Shown one piece after another: positions 10,901 through 24,098 of a DNA stretch of 64,000 nt (position 1 is its first letter; each line of letters begins with the position of its first letter). The stretch spans positions 15,681-79,680 of the forward strand of contig CAJRAX010000009.1 in NCBI GenBank assembly GCA_907165135.1, given 5' to 3'. Position numbers and translations under genes: made by a program. The notes below the pieces were generated by a model. The model saw only the letters and a list, made by a program, of their open reading frames with translations. It did not search any database and was not told the origin of the DNA. The stretch comes from Oikopleura dioica (Eukaryota; Animalia; Chordata).

Positions 10901-13216
10901 ACCATTAGTTGCTGGATGTCTTGGTGGACTGTTTTTAAGTTCAATATTATTTTCCGCACAAAATTCACGAATTTTTGAAAATTCAGGGGCGTTATCGAAA
11001 ATTAACAACTTGGGAAAGAAAGGGTTTGAAAAAGAATAGACTTAAATTTATCGAGGAGATATTCTGATTTTTAGAATTAAGTGGTACCCCATAAGCTTTT
11101 TGCTGAAAAAATCAATAGCAGTAAAAATATAAATATTCCCACTGTCCGTTGGCCGAAGAGGACCGATCATATCAAAGCCCATTTGTTGATACGGCCCTGT
11201 TGGAGATGGAAATGTCTTTGGGGCGGCTTTATTCGGATTACAGTTTGGTTTATTTAATTGACAGTATTTGCATGATCTAATAAACTCGACTACATCTTGG
11301 CGCATTTTCCCAAAAATACTTTTGATTTAATTTTGAAAATGTAATTTCTATTCCAGAGTGACCCCCTTCATGATATTCACGCATAAGGTCAGAACGCAAA
11401 ACTTCTGGAACGCAGAATTTGTCTAGATTCCCTTCCCTTAGGATAAGCTCCCCTGATTCGAGAAAACATAAATTTTTCCGGTGCAATAAATAATATGAAA
11501 TTTTTTCCGTCGGATTATTCGGCCATCTGTCAATTCCGACGTATTGTCTTATAAGCCGTAAGATCGGGTCAAGTTTTGAAGCTCAATAAAATTTTGGTAT
11601 CAATTTTGATAAGAGAAATTGCCGCTTTTTCGGTTTTCCCGGGTATCTTGAGAGATAATCTGAAATTTTAAGCGCACTTGATGGTTTCTGGAGAATTTTA
11701 TAATTAAAGGTCATAAGCTCAGCTATCCATCTTTGAATACGGGAATTATTTGTTTTTAGCGAATTGAGATATTTCATATTTCCATTGTCTGTTATAAGAT
11801 CAAAATTTGTATATTTCAGATAGACGCTCCACTTATTTATGCAAATTCTAGAAGCCAAAATTTCTTTTTCAAAAATCGTATACTTGATCTGTGTGTCAGA
11901 AAAATTACCACTGTGATATGCGCATGGCCGTAGACAGCCGGAATTATGAACATGGTTTTCAGATGGAATCTTTTCCGCGCATAAATATAGAACTCCTCCG
12001 AAACTCCGATCGCTTGCATCACACTCGACCACAAATTTACCCCCAGAAATCGGTGGAATAAATAATTCTAGAGCTTTTTCCGAGATTTTTATTTGCTGTT
12101 GGTGATTTATTGAAAGATCAAGAATGAGGATCAATTTTTGAAAATGGAGAAGGTCAAGTTTTTGCCAACCGGTTTGCGCTGGATTTCCATTGTTAAGAAG
12201 TCATGGCGCCATTTACGTCAATTGTCTTTCGCATTATGTAACTTTCTGATGAAATTTTTCATTTTCAATTTATCCAAAGGCAAAATAGCCATTATATAAT
12301 TTTCATAATCTTCGTTATGTAACCCCAATGATTGTGGTTACATAATTTTCGTCTTTTCAAATTTCATTTTTTTGTATTTTCTTTGCCACAGCTGGCGCAT
12401 TTTCTTGAAATCACTCTCAAAACCGGCTTTCTCACTATGTGACCCACCGATTGTGAAAGTATTTCTGGGTTTCCAAAGCCGTTAAGCAAATCGTAGTCGT
12501 TCCAAGCGTTTTTATCGTTGTCCAAAGTGTTGTAGAAGTAGAAGTCGTCGTTGTCTCTGCCATCGGCTCGTTGTGTAGTTGCCATCTTTGTTTTTGGTCA
12601 GAAAATTTAAAAAGCAGCCGTAACGGGCTCGACAGTTTTGATTACCATGTCGCGCTTATGTTCGCGGTTGGCCATATTGAGATATTCTGCTCCAGGCTAC
12701 TTTGCGAACAGCCACTTTCGTGGAAGCGAAGCATGTAAGGATGATAGGTCCCAACGTCGTCGAAATCAAGGAAGAAAAGCAGCAGTCGTTCCCCAGCGGT
12801 TCGTTGATTTTTATGACAGAAACAAATATTTTCAGATAAAATTTTCCTAAGAATTTCTTATACTTTTATTTACAATCAACACTGTAAATAAAGGCATAGA
12901 TATATGTGATTTTTAACGTTTTAACGATCATCCTTTTCATGCAATAATAAATTGATGTGATACACGCGTACGTGCAGAATATGCGAACTAAAATCCTAAC
13001 CAGTAATTATTTTGTAAAAGCCCTTGAACCCTTAATTTTCCTTTGATTAAATTAGCAAAAACTTTACCCACTTAGTTAAGGGCCCAAGGGAAAATCAATA
13101 TGGCTCTTATTGATTTTTTCTTTGATTAACATGCACTATGGGCTTTTATATTTGAGCAACATTTTTTATTCATTTTTTGTATTTTTTGATTTTTGTTATT
13201 TATTCGGAAGGTATCA
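7962..13216 (-). mobile_element. Internally deleted Ty3/gypsy element, subfamily B (3' LTR 7962-9146; 5' LTR about 12087-13216; gag-PR-RT missing)
   Basis: TSD GTGAT at 7957-7961 and 13217-13221; near-identical LTRs; 5' LTR joined directly to RNase H. Confidence 0.92.
9200..12086 (-). pseudogene. pol: Frameshifted pol remnant: RNase H, integrase, acidic linker, HeH/SAP-like tail
   Basis: ECDASD, YHEGGH, CKYC, FDMIGP, DNAPEF, ENFNRTLK in successive ORFs. Confidence 0.9.
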
Positions 13217-14005
13217 GTGATTGTTACGCAAGAAGCAGCCGATTCCCATATCATCATTTTGACTTATCAAGAGATCAACTTCCAACTATGTTGCCGTATC
13301 ACTTTTGATAAGAAGCCGTTATCAGTCCATGTCCAAAATCGTTGTCAGTCCGTTCGTTGTCGTTTTCGTTGATGGAGCAGTTGTCGTCGTTGTAGAACGT
13401 GCAGTTTTGTCGTTTTTAAAGATGATAGCCATTCGTCCTTAATCGAGCCAAAAAGGGTTCAAACAAAAACGCCTACCAGGAGCAGTTACTGACAGCGCCA
13501 TCCCGCGGAGCACGGGGTCACACTGTCAAGCCGCAAAAGCGGAACTCAGCTGGGGATGAATATTCATACAAATGGTCCAGGGTGAAATCAAGGAAGAATC
13601 CGTCGTTTTTTAGCTTTTCCAGGTTGAAGCTTGAGAATCGTTTTAAACAGCAAAATAAGAAGGGATTAATTTGAACTAGAAAGAGAATTTAGAACTAAAA
13701 TGAATTGAGAGTTGTTTCCAATAGAAAAGGGTTGAATATTCATGCGTTCCTAAAAGAGTGAGATTTTAACGCCCGAAGACGGTTGGCTAATGTGCCTAAA
13801 ATGAAGTGAAATAGCGCGTACGCTACAGAGAATAAGAGGGATTATGATGAACTCATGCTGGCGATTCATGAAATCGGCTCAAGATTTCAAGTTTTACATT
13901 CGATTTGTGAAAGATTCAAAAATCTATCCGAGTTAGCGTAATTTGGCCGTGATTGAAGGATAATTCAATTTTTATTTTTTATGTTCTTCTGCCGTATCGA
14001 TATTA

Positions 14006-14340
14006 ATGGTCATCGTTATCATGAATCGCCCAAAAATGAGGTCAAAATTTTGAAAATTCGTTTTTTGCTCTTATTTTATTTGCAGCGTTTCTGTCGTCTT
14101 CCGAGCGTCATTTTGGTTGATTCTTAGCCTCTCAAACCCAACAGAAAAAAAATTCAAAAAAATTTTTCGATGGTCATCGTTATCATGAATCGCCCAAAAA
14201 CGAGGTCAAAATTTTGAAATTTCGTTTTTGCCCTTATTTTATTTGCAGCGTTTCTGCCGTCTTCCGAGCGTCATTTTGGTTGATTCTGAGCCTCTCAAAC
14301 CCAACAGAGAAAAATTCAAAAAAATTTTTTCGATGGTCAT
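14006..14340 (+). repeat. Sat-A, two monomers
   Basis: Same monomer as 2754-7701. Confidence 0.95.
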
Positions 14341-14878
14341 TGATAAGAATAGCGAAAAAGAACATAAAAGATAAAAATTGAATCCTTCCACTCACGGCGC
14401 CACCCGTTTCGGCGGTTCTTTATTTAACTCTTTCTAGTGTTCAATTTATTCTTTCTGACTGGTAATTATTTTTGATGAAACAAATTCAAAACGTCTGAAT
14501 TTGATTCCAAGAAAAAAATCAATTGGCTTTTTCTAATTACGGAGCTGTTGCATGAATTTCATCCTCTAGCTGAGTTCCGCTTTAAGCGGCTTGACAGTGT
14601 GACCCCGTGCTCCTCGGGATGGCGCTGTCTGTAAGTGCTCCTAGGTAGGCAAAATTGATTGAACACCTTTCTGGCTCGCTTTAGGCGCGAAAGCGCTGCG
14701 CCTTATTCGAAATGCCTTATTTGGAAACATCTGCCATCTGCGCGAATTTGAAATTTGAAAATTTGAAAACTGAAAAATCACTTCCTTTCTTACCAAATAC
14801 AATACGCGCCGATTTCCGAATTTTTAGTGTTTCCTTTGCAGATCGCAATTAGCTTAGAGATTTGATTAAAACGGTATC

Positions 14879-15972
14879 ATGGTGATCGACGAGCCGAGCC
14901 TTCAAACAAAGGTACATAAAATGCCAGAAGAACTTTTATTTTCTCATTTTCCAACCTTGAATCCCAGACAATTTTTCCGCCCAAATATGCTCCCTTTCGA
15001 ATTTACTAATTCTAAAAAAGTCTTGAGGATAAAATTCAATCAATGAGAATGATTTTTGAGAAATCAATTAAAGATCACGGGCGAGACTCGGACAAGGATA
15101 AATTGCTCGCGCAATTTGAGCGTGCATCTGTTGATTGCGTTCGCAATAATTGTTCTCTTGATTTTATGAGTAATTATGCCCGAGAAATGTCGGATTTGGA
15201 AACTGTTGACGGAGCGTTTGAGTTTCTGGAGAGTATTTTTGGTCGAGAAACAGAGGAGGAAAAAGGGAACGGGCGTCAATTGAACTGGAAAATCTCTCGC
15301 GGCGAACTGATTTGAATGAAAAATTTTCTGCGTTCTTGCAACGAATAAACACAGTTGCCAAATTGATTTCCGACAAGCCTGACGCGGTAAATTTTATTGT
15401 TGACGCGCATTTTTTGAAAAGTTTAGAGCCATCTAACCGAGCATTTTTGCGAGACCACGGTTACAGCAAAAATCGACTGCGGAAATAGTCTCGTTTTTGG
15501 ATTCTCGCGAACGGTACGCAAGTGCCAATATTTCAGCTGTTCACGGGAATGATTTCGCATCATTCGTTGATAAAACGAGCGAAATCTTAGAGTCGAAATT
15601 AAACCAAATGGAACTTAATTATGAAAAAGAGCCGCGGAATTTACTGAAAGCATCAATAAACTTACAGCAACAGTTGCAAAGCTAGAGCTTGAAAAGAGTA
15701 AAGCTGAGAGCAGACCAGAATTTCAGCCAAGAAATCCCCAGATGTCGGTTCCTAGATTTTCTCCTCCGTTTTGGGGTCCCCAACAAGGTCAACAAGGTCA
15801 GATGCCCGGTTACATGCCCCGCCCCACCGCTTTTTGCTTCAATTGCCAGCAATACGGTCATTTTAAACCTAGATGCCCGAAAATAAAATGCTTCGATTGC
15901 CAGGGTTTTGGGCATATTAGTCGTTTTTGCCTTGAAAATAAACCAAAATGAGACCAATCAGTCAAAAACTAG
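14879..15972 (+). pseudogene. gag: gag (frameshifted), two CCHC zinc knuckles
   Basis: CFNCQQYGHFKPRC and CFDCQGFGHISRFC; homologous to other gag copies. Confidence 0.88.
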
Positions 15973-18900
15973 ATTTTCGAGCCCAGTTCTAGCCAAATTT
16001 GGGTTCCACAGATTTCAATTAATAAAATAGGAGAACAATTTTACGTAAATGTAAATATTTTTGATTCACCTGTTCGTTTTTTTGTAGATACAGGCTCACA
16101 ATTAAATCTTATTTCACAAAAAATGTTCCAAAAACAAAAAATTGAAAAAACAAAAATTGACGTTGTCAATTATTCCGGCGGAAAGATTGACATTATTGGA
16201 AAAATTGAAGAGGACGTTTTTATTGACAACGTTATACCTATAAAATCAGTATTTTATGTTGTAAAAAATAATTTGAGCCCTATTTTGGGCGTACCAGCAA
16301 TCGAGGATAATGAAATTTTGATAAACCTTCAACGAAAGAAATCATTCAAGCGGGGCCAATTGAGCGATTTGCGAAATTAAATGAAATCAAATATGATCCC
16401 TCGATTGTCCCAAATGAGCCTCATGGAACAACCTTGCAATCAGAAGAATATGAGGCTTCCTCAACAGAAACATTTTCATTCAAGGGAAAATCAGAATTAT
16501 TATTGATCTAAAAGTTAAAGGGTTTGAAGTCGGCAAAAGTCTTTTTTTGAAGAATCAAATCTAGGAAATTCTAAATTACAACTTATTCCAAGTTTTCAGA
16601 CGGTCGATAAAAATCCCCAATTTTTCGATGCCTTGTAATAAATCCAACAGATACATGTATACGTATTCCAGCGGGAACAGTTTTTGTTAAATTACACGAA
16701 ATTGTTGAAATTGCGAGAATGAAAAAGATAAGAAAAAAAATCTCGAGAATATTTCTGTCGGCGTGATTAACTCTCCAAATGTAAAAATTGATTTTAACGA
16801 ACTTTTAGACGATTTTACGTTTCTATTTTTGGATGAAGATGACCCCTTGCCACCGTGTACAATTGAAAAATTCACAATTGAAACAGATACAAAATTGCCT
16901 ATTTCAGTGCCGCCGTATAGGACGCCCTTTAGTTTAAGGTCTGCGATGAGGGATCTTTTTGATAAATTTAGAAGGAAATAATATAATTGAGCGATGCACG
17001 AGCCCATGGAATAGCCCGTGCTTGCTTGTTCGAAAAAGATGGAAGTTTTCGGCTAGTTATTGATTTTAGAAAGCTTAATGATGTGACATTACAACAGCAT
17101 CACCCCTTGCCAAATTTAGAGGATAGTTTATCATATTTCGAGAAAAGTAAGATTTTTAGCTCTCTTGATCTGATAAAGGGATTTTATCAAATTGAGCTTG
17201 ACGAGGAATCGAAGGATAAAACCGCTTTCAGCAATGAATTTGGGCAGTTTAGATTTAAGAGAATGCCAATGGGCGCCAGAAATAGCCCTTCACATTTTAT
17301 GCGAATCATGGACAAGATTTTGAGAGACACAGAGAAGACAGAGATTCTCGCGTACATGGATGATGTTCTTTGTCATAGTAAAACAGAAGAGGAGCATTTT
17401 TATGTTTAAAAAATTTTTCTGCATTCTTAGTGCAAATAACTTGAGAATAAATTGTCGCAAAGCGATTTTTTCACAGAGATCAGTAAATTTTTGTGGCTAT
17501 TTTATCAATAACGGGAATATTTATCCTTCGAAAGAGAAAATTTTGGCAATTGAAAAATCTACAAATTCCAAATTCTAAGGAAAGTGCACAGAGTCTTTTG
17601 GACTCTTAAATTTTCATCGTAGATTTATTAAAAATTTTGCGTCTATCGCCTTACCTATCACAAAAACATACAGAAATATATTTTCATGGACAGATGAGGC
17701 GACAGAGGCATTTGATCACCTTAAAAAGTATCATATGCGACAATGCGATGAAATTAAAAATACCGCCCTCGGATAATGTTCTTTTTGTAATGGAGACAGA
17801 TGCAAGTAATAATGGGTATGGCGGCGTGCTGTATATGTGTGAAAAATGATCGTAGAGATTCTCATCATCATTCGCCGGATTGTTTTCTTCCCGTTGGTTA
17901 TTTTAGTGGTAATTTTAATGAAACTCAATCAAATTACACTATAATTGAAAAAGAATTTCTATCAGCTAAATTGTGCATGGAAAAATGGTCAGTCTATCTT
18001 TCTTTTAGAGAGTTTGATTGGATAACGGATAACAGTAACATAAAGTACATAAAAACGCTGCGAACATATAATCAAAAAATGGCAAGATGGATAACTGAAA
18101 TTCAATCATTTTCTTTTCGAATTATTCAAAAACCGTCATCAAAAATGAAAATAAGCGATTGTTTCAGTAGAAATCCGTTGAATAAGAAAATTGCAATAAA
18201 CGCTATAAAAATCGATCAAACAAATATTCTTGAAATTCAAAAATTAGACCCAGTTCTTTCTGAAATTCGAAAATATCTGAAAATTGATCGATGGCCCCTT
18301 AATCCAAAGGGCGATGAAGCGTTTTATTTGATTTTCAGAGATAATTTATTTTTTGAAAGTGGAGAAATGATTATTTTAAGAATGAATGCGGAAGCTCGTA
18401 GAATTTGTGTTCCTAAAGATTGTGAAAATGAAATAATCGAAAATTATCATGATTATTGCCATGCGGGAATCGATCAAACCTTCGCGAAAATTTCAAGTAA
18501 ATATATATGGCCAAGAATGAAAATTGCGATAAAAGAATTTATCAGAAGCTGCGCGTATTGTCAAAAAGATAAACCTAATTTTCATCCCAATAAAGCACCC
18601 ACATTGACATTCAAAACACCAACTGGACCTTTTGAAGTTTTTGGATTCGACCTAATAACGCTTCCTCCAACTGATTTTGGCAATAGATACGTCATGGTTA
18701 TGATTGACTTTTTCTCTAAGTTTGGATATTGTGAGCCTCTTAAATCAAGAAATTCAAAGTATCTTCTTGAAAAATTTCAAAATGTTATTTTCAAAAATCC
18801 GTACTTTCCAAAATTTGTTGTGCTCGATAATGCGCGCGAACACTCAGAGCTTGAAAAATTTATGAGAGAAAATAAAATTGAACCACATTTTACACCGCCG

Positions 18901-20550
18901 AGACATCCTCCTCAAATGGCCAGTGCGAAAATTTTAATCGAACCCTGAAAAGTAGACTACGGGCAAAGTGCAATTATGATAATTGGGATCTAGTTCTACA
19001 GGAAGTTGTTCATGATATTAATACTTCCAGACATTCGGTAACCGGTCTTTCTCCTTTTTCGCTTCAATCAGGTTTTAAAAATCCACATGATATTTTCGAT
19101 CCAAATTTTAGTGATTACAATAATAGAATAGACATTGATTTCAATTCAATCAAAAACTTATTGATGAAGAAAAACAATTTAGGCTAGATAAATTTTCAAA
19201 TCCAAAATTTATGCCGTATAAAATCGGGGATAAGTTCTTATTAAAAATTTCGGTGCAAAAACCAGCATTTGTAGGCCCTTTTGATATTATTTCTGTCTCT
19301 AAAGAGGGAACATGGTACGAGGTCAAATCTGGACGCAAAGAATTCAGGAGACACGCGGATCACCTTAAAAAAATGTTAATGTATCGAAAGGAACGATTCA
19401 AAAGAATCTTCTAATGTGAAAAATGGTCAAGATCCCCGACTTTTTAGGTTTAGTAGAGGAACCAATCAGAAAAGCCTCGTTTTTCACCCCTTTTTCTTCG
19501 TCTAGCTCCTTTACATCATTAGAAATGTCTCCTAATAAAATTGAAACAAGAATTGAGGCGGCAAGAGATAAAATTTCAAAATTTATGGTCGAGAATTTAA
19601 TTGATAAAATTTTTAATAATTTAATTACGAAAACACTCGAAAAAGCAGAGGAGGAGGATATATCTTCTTGCGAAGCGAGCTCTATAATATCGGTAATAGA
19701 AAATGAGGAAGGAAAAAATGGGGTAATAAATGAATCGTTAGGAATGATATCTAATTCGAATATCGCTAAGAAACTTGATTTTTCGACAGACTCGGAATCA
19801 GAGTTCGAAGAAAATCCTGAACTTTGGGAGGTAACGATGGACTCTGAAGCCGGAACTGCCGAAAACGTTGACCCACATTTAACATCATATGATAATCTAG
19901 ACCTCTCTGAAAACTCTAATAGATGCGTAGTCTCCAGAAGCTCTTACCATGGTCTAAGAAATTCCAATCCACATATCGAAGGCCTTAATAAAAGAACGAG
20001 AGAATCTTCCAAAGATTCTATTCCTGATTCTAAAAAGCAAAATCGAGATAAATTGTATTATGAAACGACAGTAGAAATAAAATTCGAAAATGAGCATAGT
20101 GATTTTTTCGCAAAATTAGAAAGGGAATACGAGGAAATAAATGCGGATATGGCAATCGAAAAAGGCTGTATCTTGAAGCTAGGCGAGCTTACAAGGGAAA
20201 CACTTTTGTTTATTCTCTATAAATTCGGAATCGATTTTAGTAGTCAAGAAAATGTAGGAGAACTTAGGATTAAAATAAGGGAGTACATAAAATCAAATCA
20301 TCCGAGTTGGCGAAAAGGTACTTCGGGAGAGTTTTTATTCTTCTCAGTTCTTAACTTAAAGGAGCAAAAACTCTCTACGAATTATCAAGACCCGAATTAA
20401 AAGTTCTTATTGCTGAGTTATTTAAACTGCCAAAATTTCTTCCGTACAAAACAAAAACCGAAATGATCGAATTTATCAATGAAAGATTTTCTTCCTTGTA
20501 TCCGAATCATCTCGCAAAAACAACGAGCTCATTTTTGGACCAATTGAATT
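15964..20550 (+). pseudogene. pol: pol (frameshifted): protease, RT, RNase H, integrase, extended tail
   Basis: DTGS, IDFRKLN, LDLIKGFYQI, YMDD, ETDAS, YHDYCH..CAYC, FDLI, DNA motifs. Confidence 0.92.
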
Positions 20551-21630
20551 CAATAGTTCTTTCTTAAAAGATGCTCCAGACAAAAGATACCCTGGACGGG
20601 TCATACTGATAACGAGAATACATGGAAAGATAACAAAAAATAAAAAATAAAAATTGAATTCTTATAGTTTCACGGCCACTTTCGCCAATTAGGTTGATTT
20701 TCATGAAAATCACAAAATAAACTGTTCTGAAGAACCTGGAGCCAAATCTGTGGATGCTTGCATGAGTTCATCATAATCTATTTTTCCTTCATAACGTACG
20801 CGTTATTTCACATCATCAAAGGCACATTAGCCACCCGTTTCGGCGTTAACTTTCACGATTTAACCAATTCTAGTGCATCAAATTTTCAATTATTTCTCAG
20901 CAAAAACATTCATTTTAGTGCTCTTATTATTCTAGTTCTAATACAAGCTGACTTTATTATTCTGCAAACGACGACGATTCTCTGGACAACCTGGAATTGC
21001 CTCAAACGATGGACTCTTCTATGATTTCAGACGGAGCTGTTGCATGAACTTTCATCCTCTAGCTGAGTTCCGCTTTTGCGGCTTGACAGTGTGACCCCGT
21101 GCTCCGCGGGATGGCGCTGTCTGTAAGTGCTCCTAGGTAGGCGTAATTGATTGAACCCTTTTTGGCTCGCTTTAGGATGACTGACCACCCTCTGGAAAAC
21201 CGACAAAAATGCAGCTTCAACAATGGCGGCAACTTCTTCAACAACGACAACGACAACGCAATGGACTGACAACGATTTGGAAACGGCTTTGCTATAGTAC
21301 TCTTATCAAAAGTGATATGGCCACATAGTGGGAAGTTGACCTTTGATAAGAAAATGGAAATTATGGAAATCGGCTGCGGGTTGCGTGGCTGCACGCGTGA
21401 GATTGAATGACGAAAAACAAAGCGCGAAAAACAATTTGGAAAGAAAACATAAGCGCGAAATGCCTTATTTGGAAACATCTAGCACCTGCGCGAATTTGAA
21501 ATTTGAAAATTTGAAAATTTGAAAAATCACTCTCTTCTTACCCAAAATAATACAGCCACGATTTCCGAATTTTTAGTGTCATCCTTTGCAGATCGCAATT
21601 AGCTTAGAGATTTGCATTAAAACGGTATCA

Positions 21631-21937
21631 TATCAACATCATCTAAAAGTTCAAAAACGCATCAGAAAAAATATTCTGATGAAATTTTTGGCGTTTTTAG
21701 ATGATGTTGAGTTCATTTTCATCGAGAAAATATTCTGATGCGTTTTTGGCGTTTTAAGATGATGTTGAGTTCATTTTCATCGAAAAATATTCTGATGCGT
21801 TTTTGGCGTTTTTAGATGATGTTGAGTTCATTTTCATCGAAAAAATATTCTGATGCGTTTTTGGCGTTTTTAGATGATGTTGAGTTCATTTTCATCGAAA
21901 AATTATTCTGATGCGTTTTTTGGCGTTTTTAGATGAT
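21631..21937 (+). repeat. Satellite Sat-B (~59-60 bp)
   Basis: GATGATGTTGAGTTCATTTTCATCGAAAAAATATTCTGATGCGTTTTTGGCGTTTTTA units. Confidence 0.93.
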
Positions 21938-22986
21938 TGATACATTTTCATAGAGGAAAGAACACAAGAAAAAATGAAAAATTGAATATCCCAGTTTTCA
22001 GATGATGTTGAATCATTTTCATCAAAAAAGGTTGATTAGGCATGAATTTCACAGATATAATTTCCGATGATTTTGGATTTACATCAAATCTCGGATGCTT
22101 GCATGAATTCATAAATCTCTATTTTAGATGATGTTGTACGCGTCATTTTCACAATCCAAAGGCACATTAGCCACAGAATATTTTTCGGCGGTTCTTTATT
22201 TAACTCTTTCTAGTGCTCACTACTTCTTTTGTTTAATTTATTCACTGGTAACTATTTTTGATGAATCAAGCTGACTCTTCTATGTCGAAAAACGATGATG
22301 GCAATTCTTTTTGACGATAAAAATCAATTGGCTCATTTTCTAAAACTACGACGGAGCTGTTGCATGAATTTCATCCTCTAGCTGAGTTCCGCTTTAAGCG
22401 GCTTGACAGTGTGACCCCGTGCTCCTCGGGATGGCGCTGTCTGTAAGTGCTCCTAGGTAGGCAATATTGATTGAACACCTTTCTGGCTCGCTTTAGGAAA
22501 GCTGACCACTCTCCTCAAACCGACAGAATTGCAGCTTCAACAATGGCGGCGACTTCTCTGACAACAACGACGACTACGCAATGGACTGACAACGATTATT
22601 GGAACTGGCTTTGGAAAAGTATAAGTAAAAATTCATTAAATTCTATCAAAAAGGGATATGGCCACATAGTGGGAAGTTGAACTTTTTGATAAAATTTATT
22701 TCTTGTGATTAATTTCGAAGCGAACGTGGCTGTTTCGGCGAATTTCGATTGATAGAAAAACAATTGCGCGAAAAGCGCTCACCATATTTGGAAAGAAAAA
22801 CATGGCGCGAAATGCGCCGCGCCTTATTTGGAAAGAAACGCACCTGCGCGAAATGCGAATTGAAAATTTGAAAATTTGAAAAATCACTCTCTCCATACTC
22901 AAAATAATACAGCCACGTTTTGAAATTTAGGCGTCATTCTTTGCAAGATTCTAGCTTAGAGAGCATTTGCGCAGCAAAACGGTATC

Positions 22987-24056
22987 ATGGTGAACACGCA
23001 AGACTTCAACTTCAAGGTAAATAAAATGCCCGAAGAATTACTTTTGCCACTTTTCCTTCCCTCAATTCTCGTCAATTTTTTCGAAAAAATATGCTGTCTT
23101 GGCGAATTTACAATTTCTAAGAATAATTTGAGCGACAAAATATCCGCGATGCGAAAAATTTTTGACAAAAGTATTAAGGATCACAATCGAGAGTCCGACC
23201 GTAATAATTTAGAAAAAGCTTTTGACAGGCAAGTCGTGGACTGCATTCGCAATAATTGCTCACACGAATTTATGAATAATTATGGGCGGGAAATGGCAAA
23301 TTTCGAAAATATGGATGAAGTTTTTGATTTCCTGGAATCTGTTTAAGATGGAAGTGAGTCTGAGGAAGAAAAGCGAGAGCGGGCGGGAGTCGAACTAGAA
23401 AATCTTTGTCGAAGATCGGAAATGAACGAGAAGTTTTCGTCATTTTTGACAAGAATTAAAATGTCGCGGAGCTTATTTCTGATAAACAAGATGCTAGAGA
23501 CTTTATTATTAACGCTCAATTTATGAAAAGCCTCGAGCCAGCGAACAAGTCGTTTTTACGTGATCATGGAATCAGTAAAAAGAGTGCTCAGGAAATTGCC
23601 ACATTTTTGGACTCACGGGAGCGGTATTTGAGTGTGAATGTTGCCTCGATCGAGTCGGCAAATCTTGCGTCATTTGTTGATCGAACAAGCGAACTTTTGG
23701 ATTCAAAATTGACTTAGATGGAGTCGAATTATGAGCGAAAAAATTCTGAGCTTCTTGAGCAGATAAAACAATTAACAGCGACTGTAGAAAAGATAGAGCT
23801 CGAAAAGAAGGTCAAAAATGAGGAAATTACTAGGCCTGCTAACCCGCCGGCCTCAGCAAATTTTATTCCGCCGTTTCCGTTCAGATTCCAGCAGCCTCCT
23901 CAAGCGGCCCCTTTTTGCCGAAATTGCCAACAATGGGGTCATGTTAAGCCGAGATGCCCCAAAATAAAATGCTACGAGTGTCAGGGTTTTGGTCATATCG
24001 GGCGAAATTGCTTGAAACGACGGGAAAATACCACCCAAGATCAGTCAAAAAACTAG
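22987..24056 (+). CDS. gag: gag (few disruptions), two CCHC knuckles
   Basis: ORFs 22987-23346, 23523-23717, 23718-24056; CRNCQQWGHVKPRC, CYECQGFGHIGRNC. Confidence 0.88.
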
Positions 24057-24098
24057 ATTTTGGAACGAATTCTGGTCAAATATCCGTTCCGAAAATCT
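24047..24098 (+). promoter_or_regulatory. -1 ribosomal frameshift signal (A AAA AAC plus stem-loop)
   Basis: In-phase heptamer immediately before the gag stop; pol in -1 frame; TTTTGGAACG/CGTTCCGAAA stem. Confidence 0.85.

Larger units (their letters stand above)
7702..14005 (-). mobile_element. Solo LTR (A-like, 7702-7961 plus 13222-14005) split by nested element
   Basis: TGATA...TATTA ends; TSD ATGGT at 7697-7701 and 14006-14010. Confidence 0.9.
14341..21630 (+). mobile_element. Full-length Ty3/gypsy element, subfamily A (deleted/chimeric 5' LTR 14341-14879; 3' LTR 20607-21630)
   Basis: LTR-gag-PR-RT-RH-IN-LTR order; flanks GTCAT and TATCA do not match. Confidence 0.92.

Noticed and set aside
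21027-21272. Antisense LTR ORF (also 50084-50383)
   Set aside because: Indels in the hairpin loops break the frame between copies; not seen in other subfamilies
22471-22680. LTR micropeptide with poly-Thr and GHIV motif (also 8266-8514, 63695-63883)
   Set aside because: Start codon and frame are not conserved; GHIV reflects the covarying CACATAGTG hairpin
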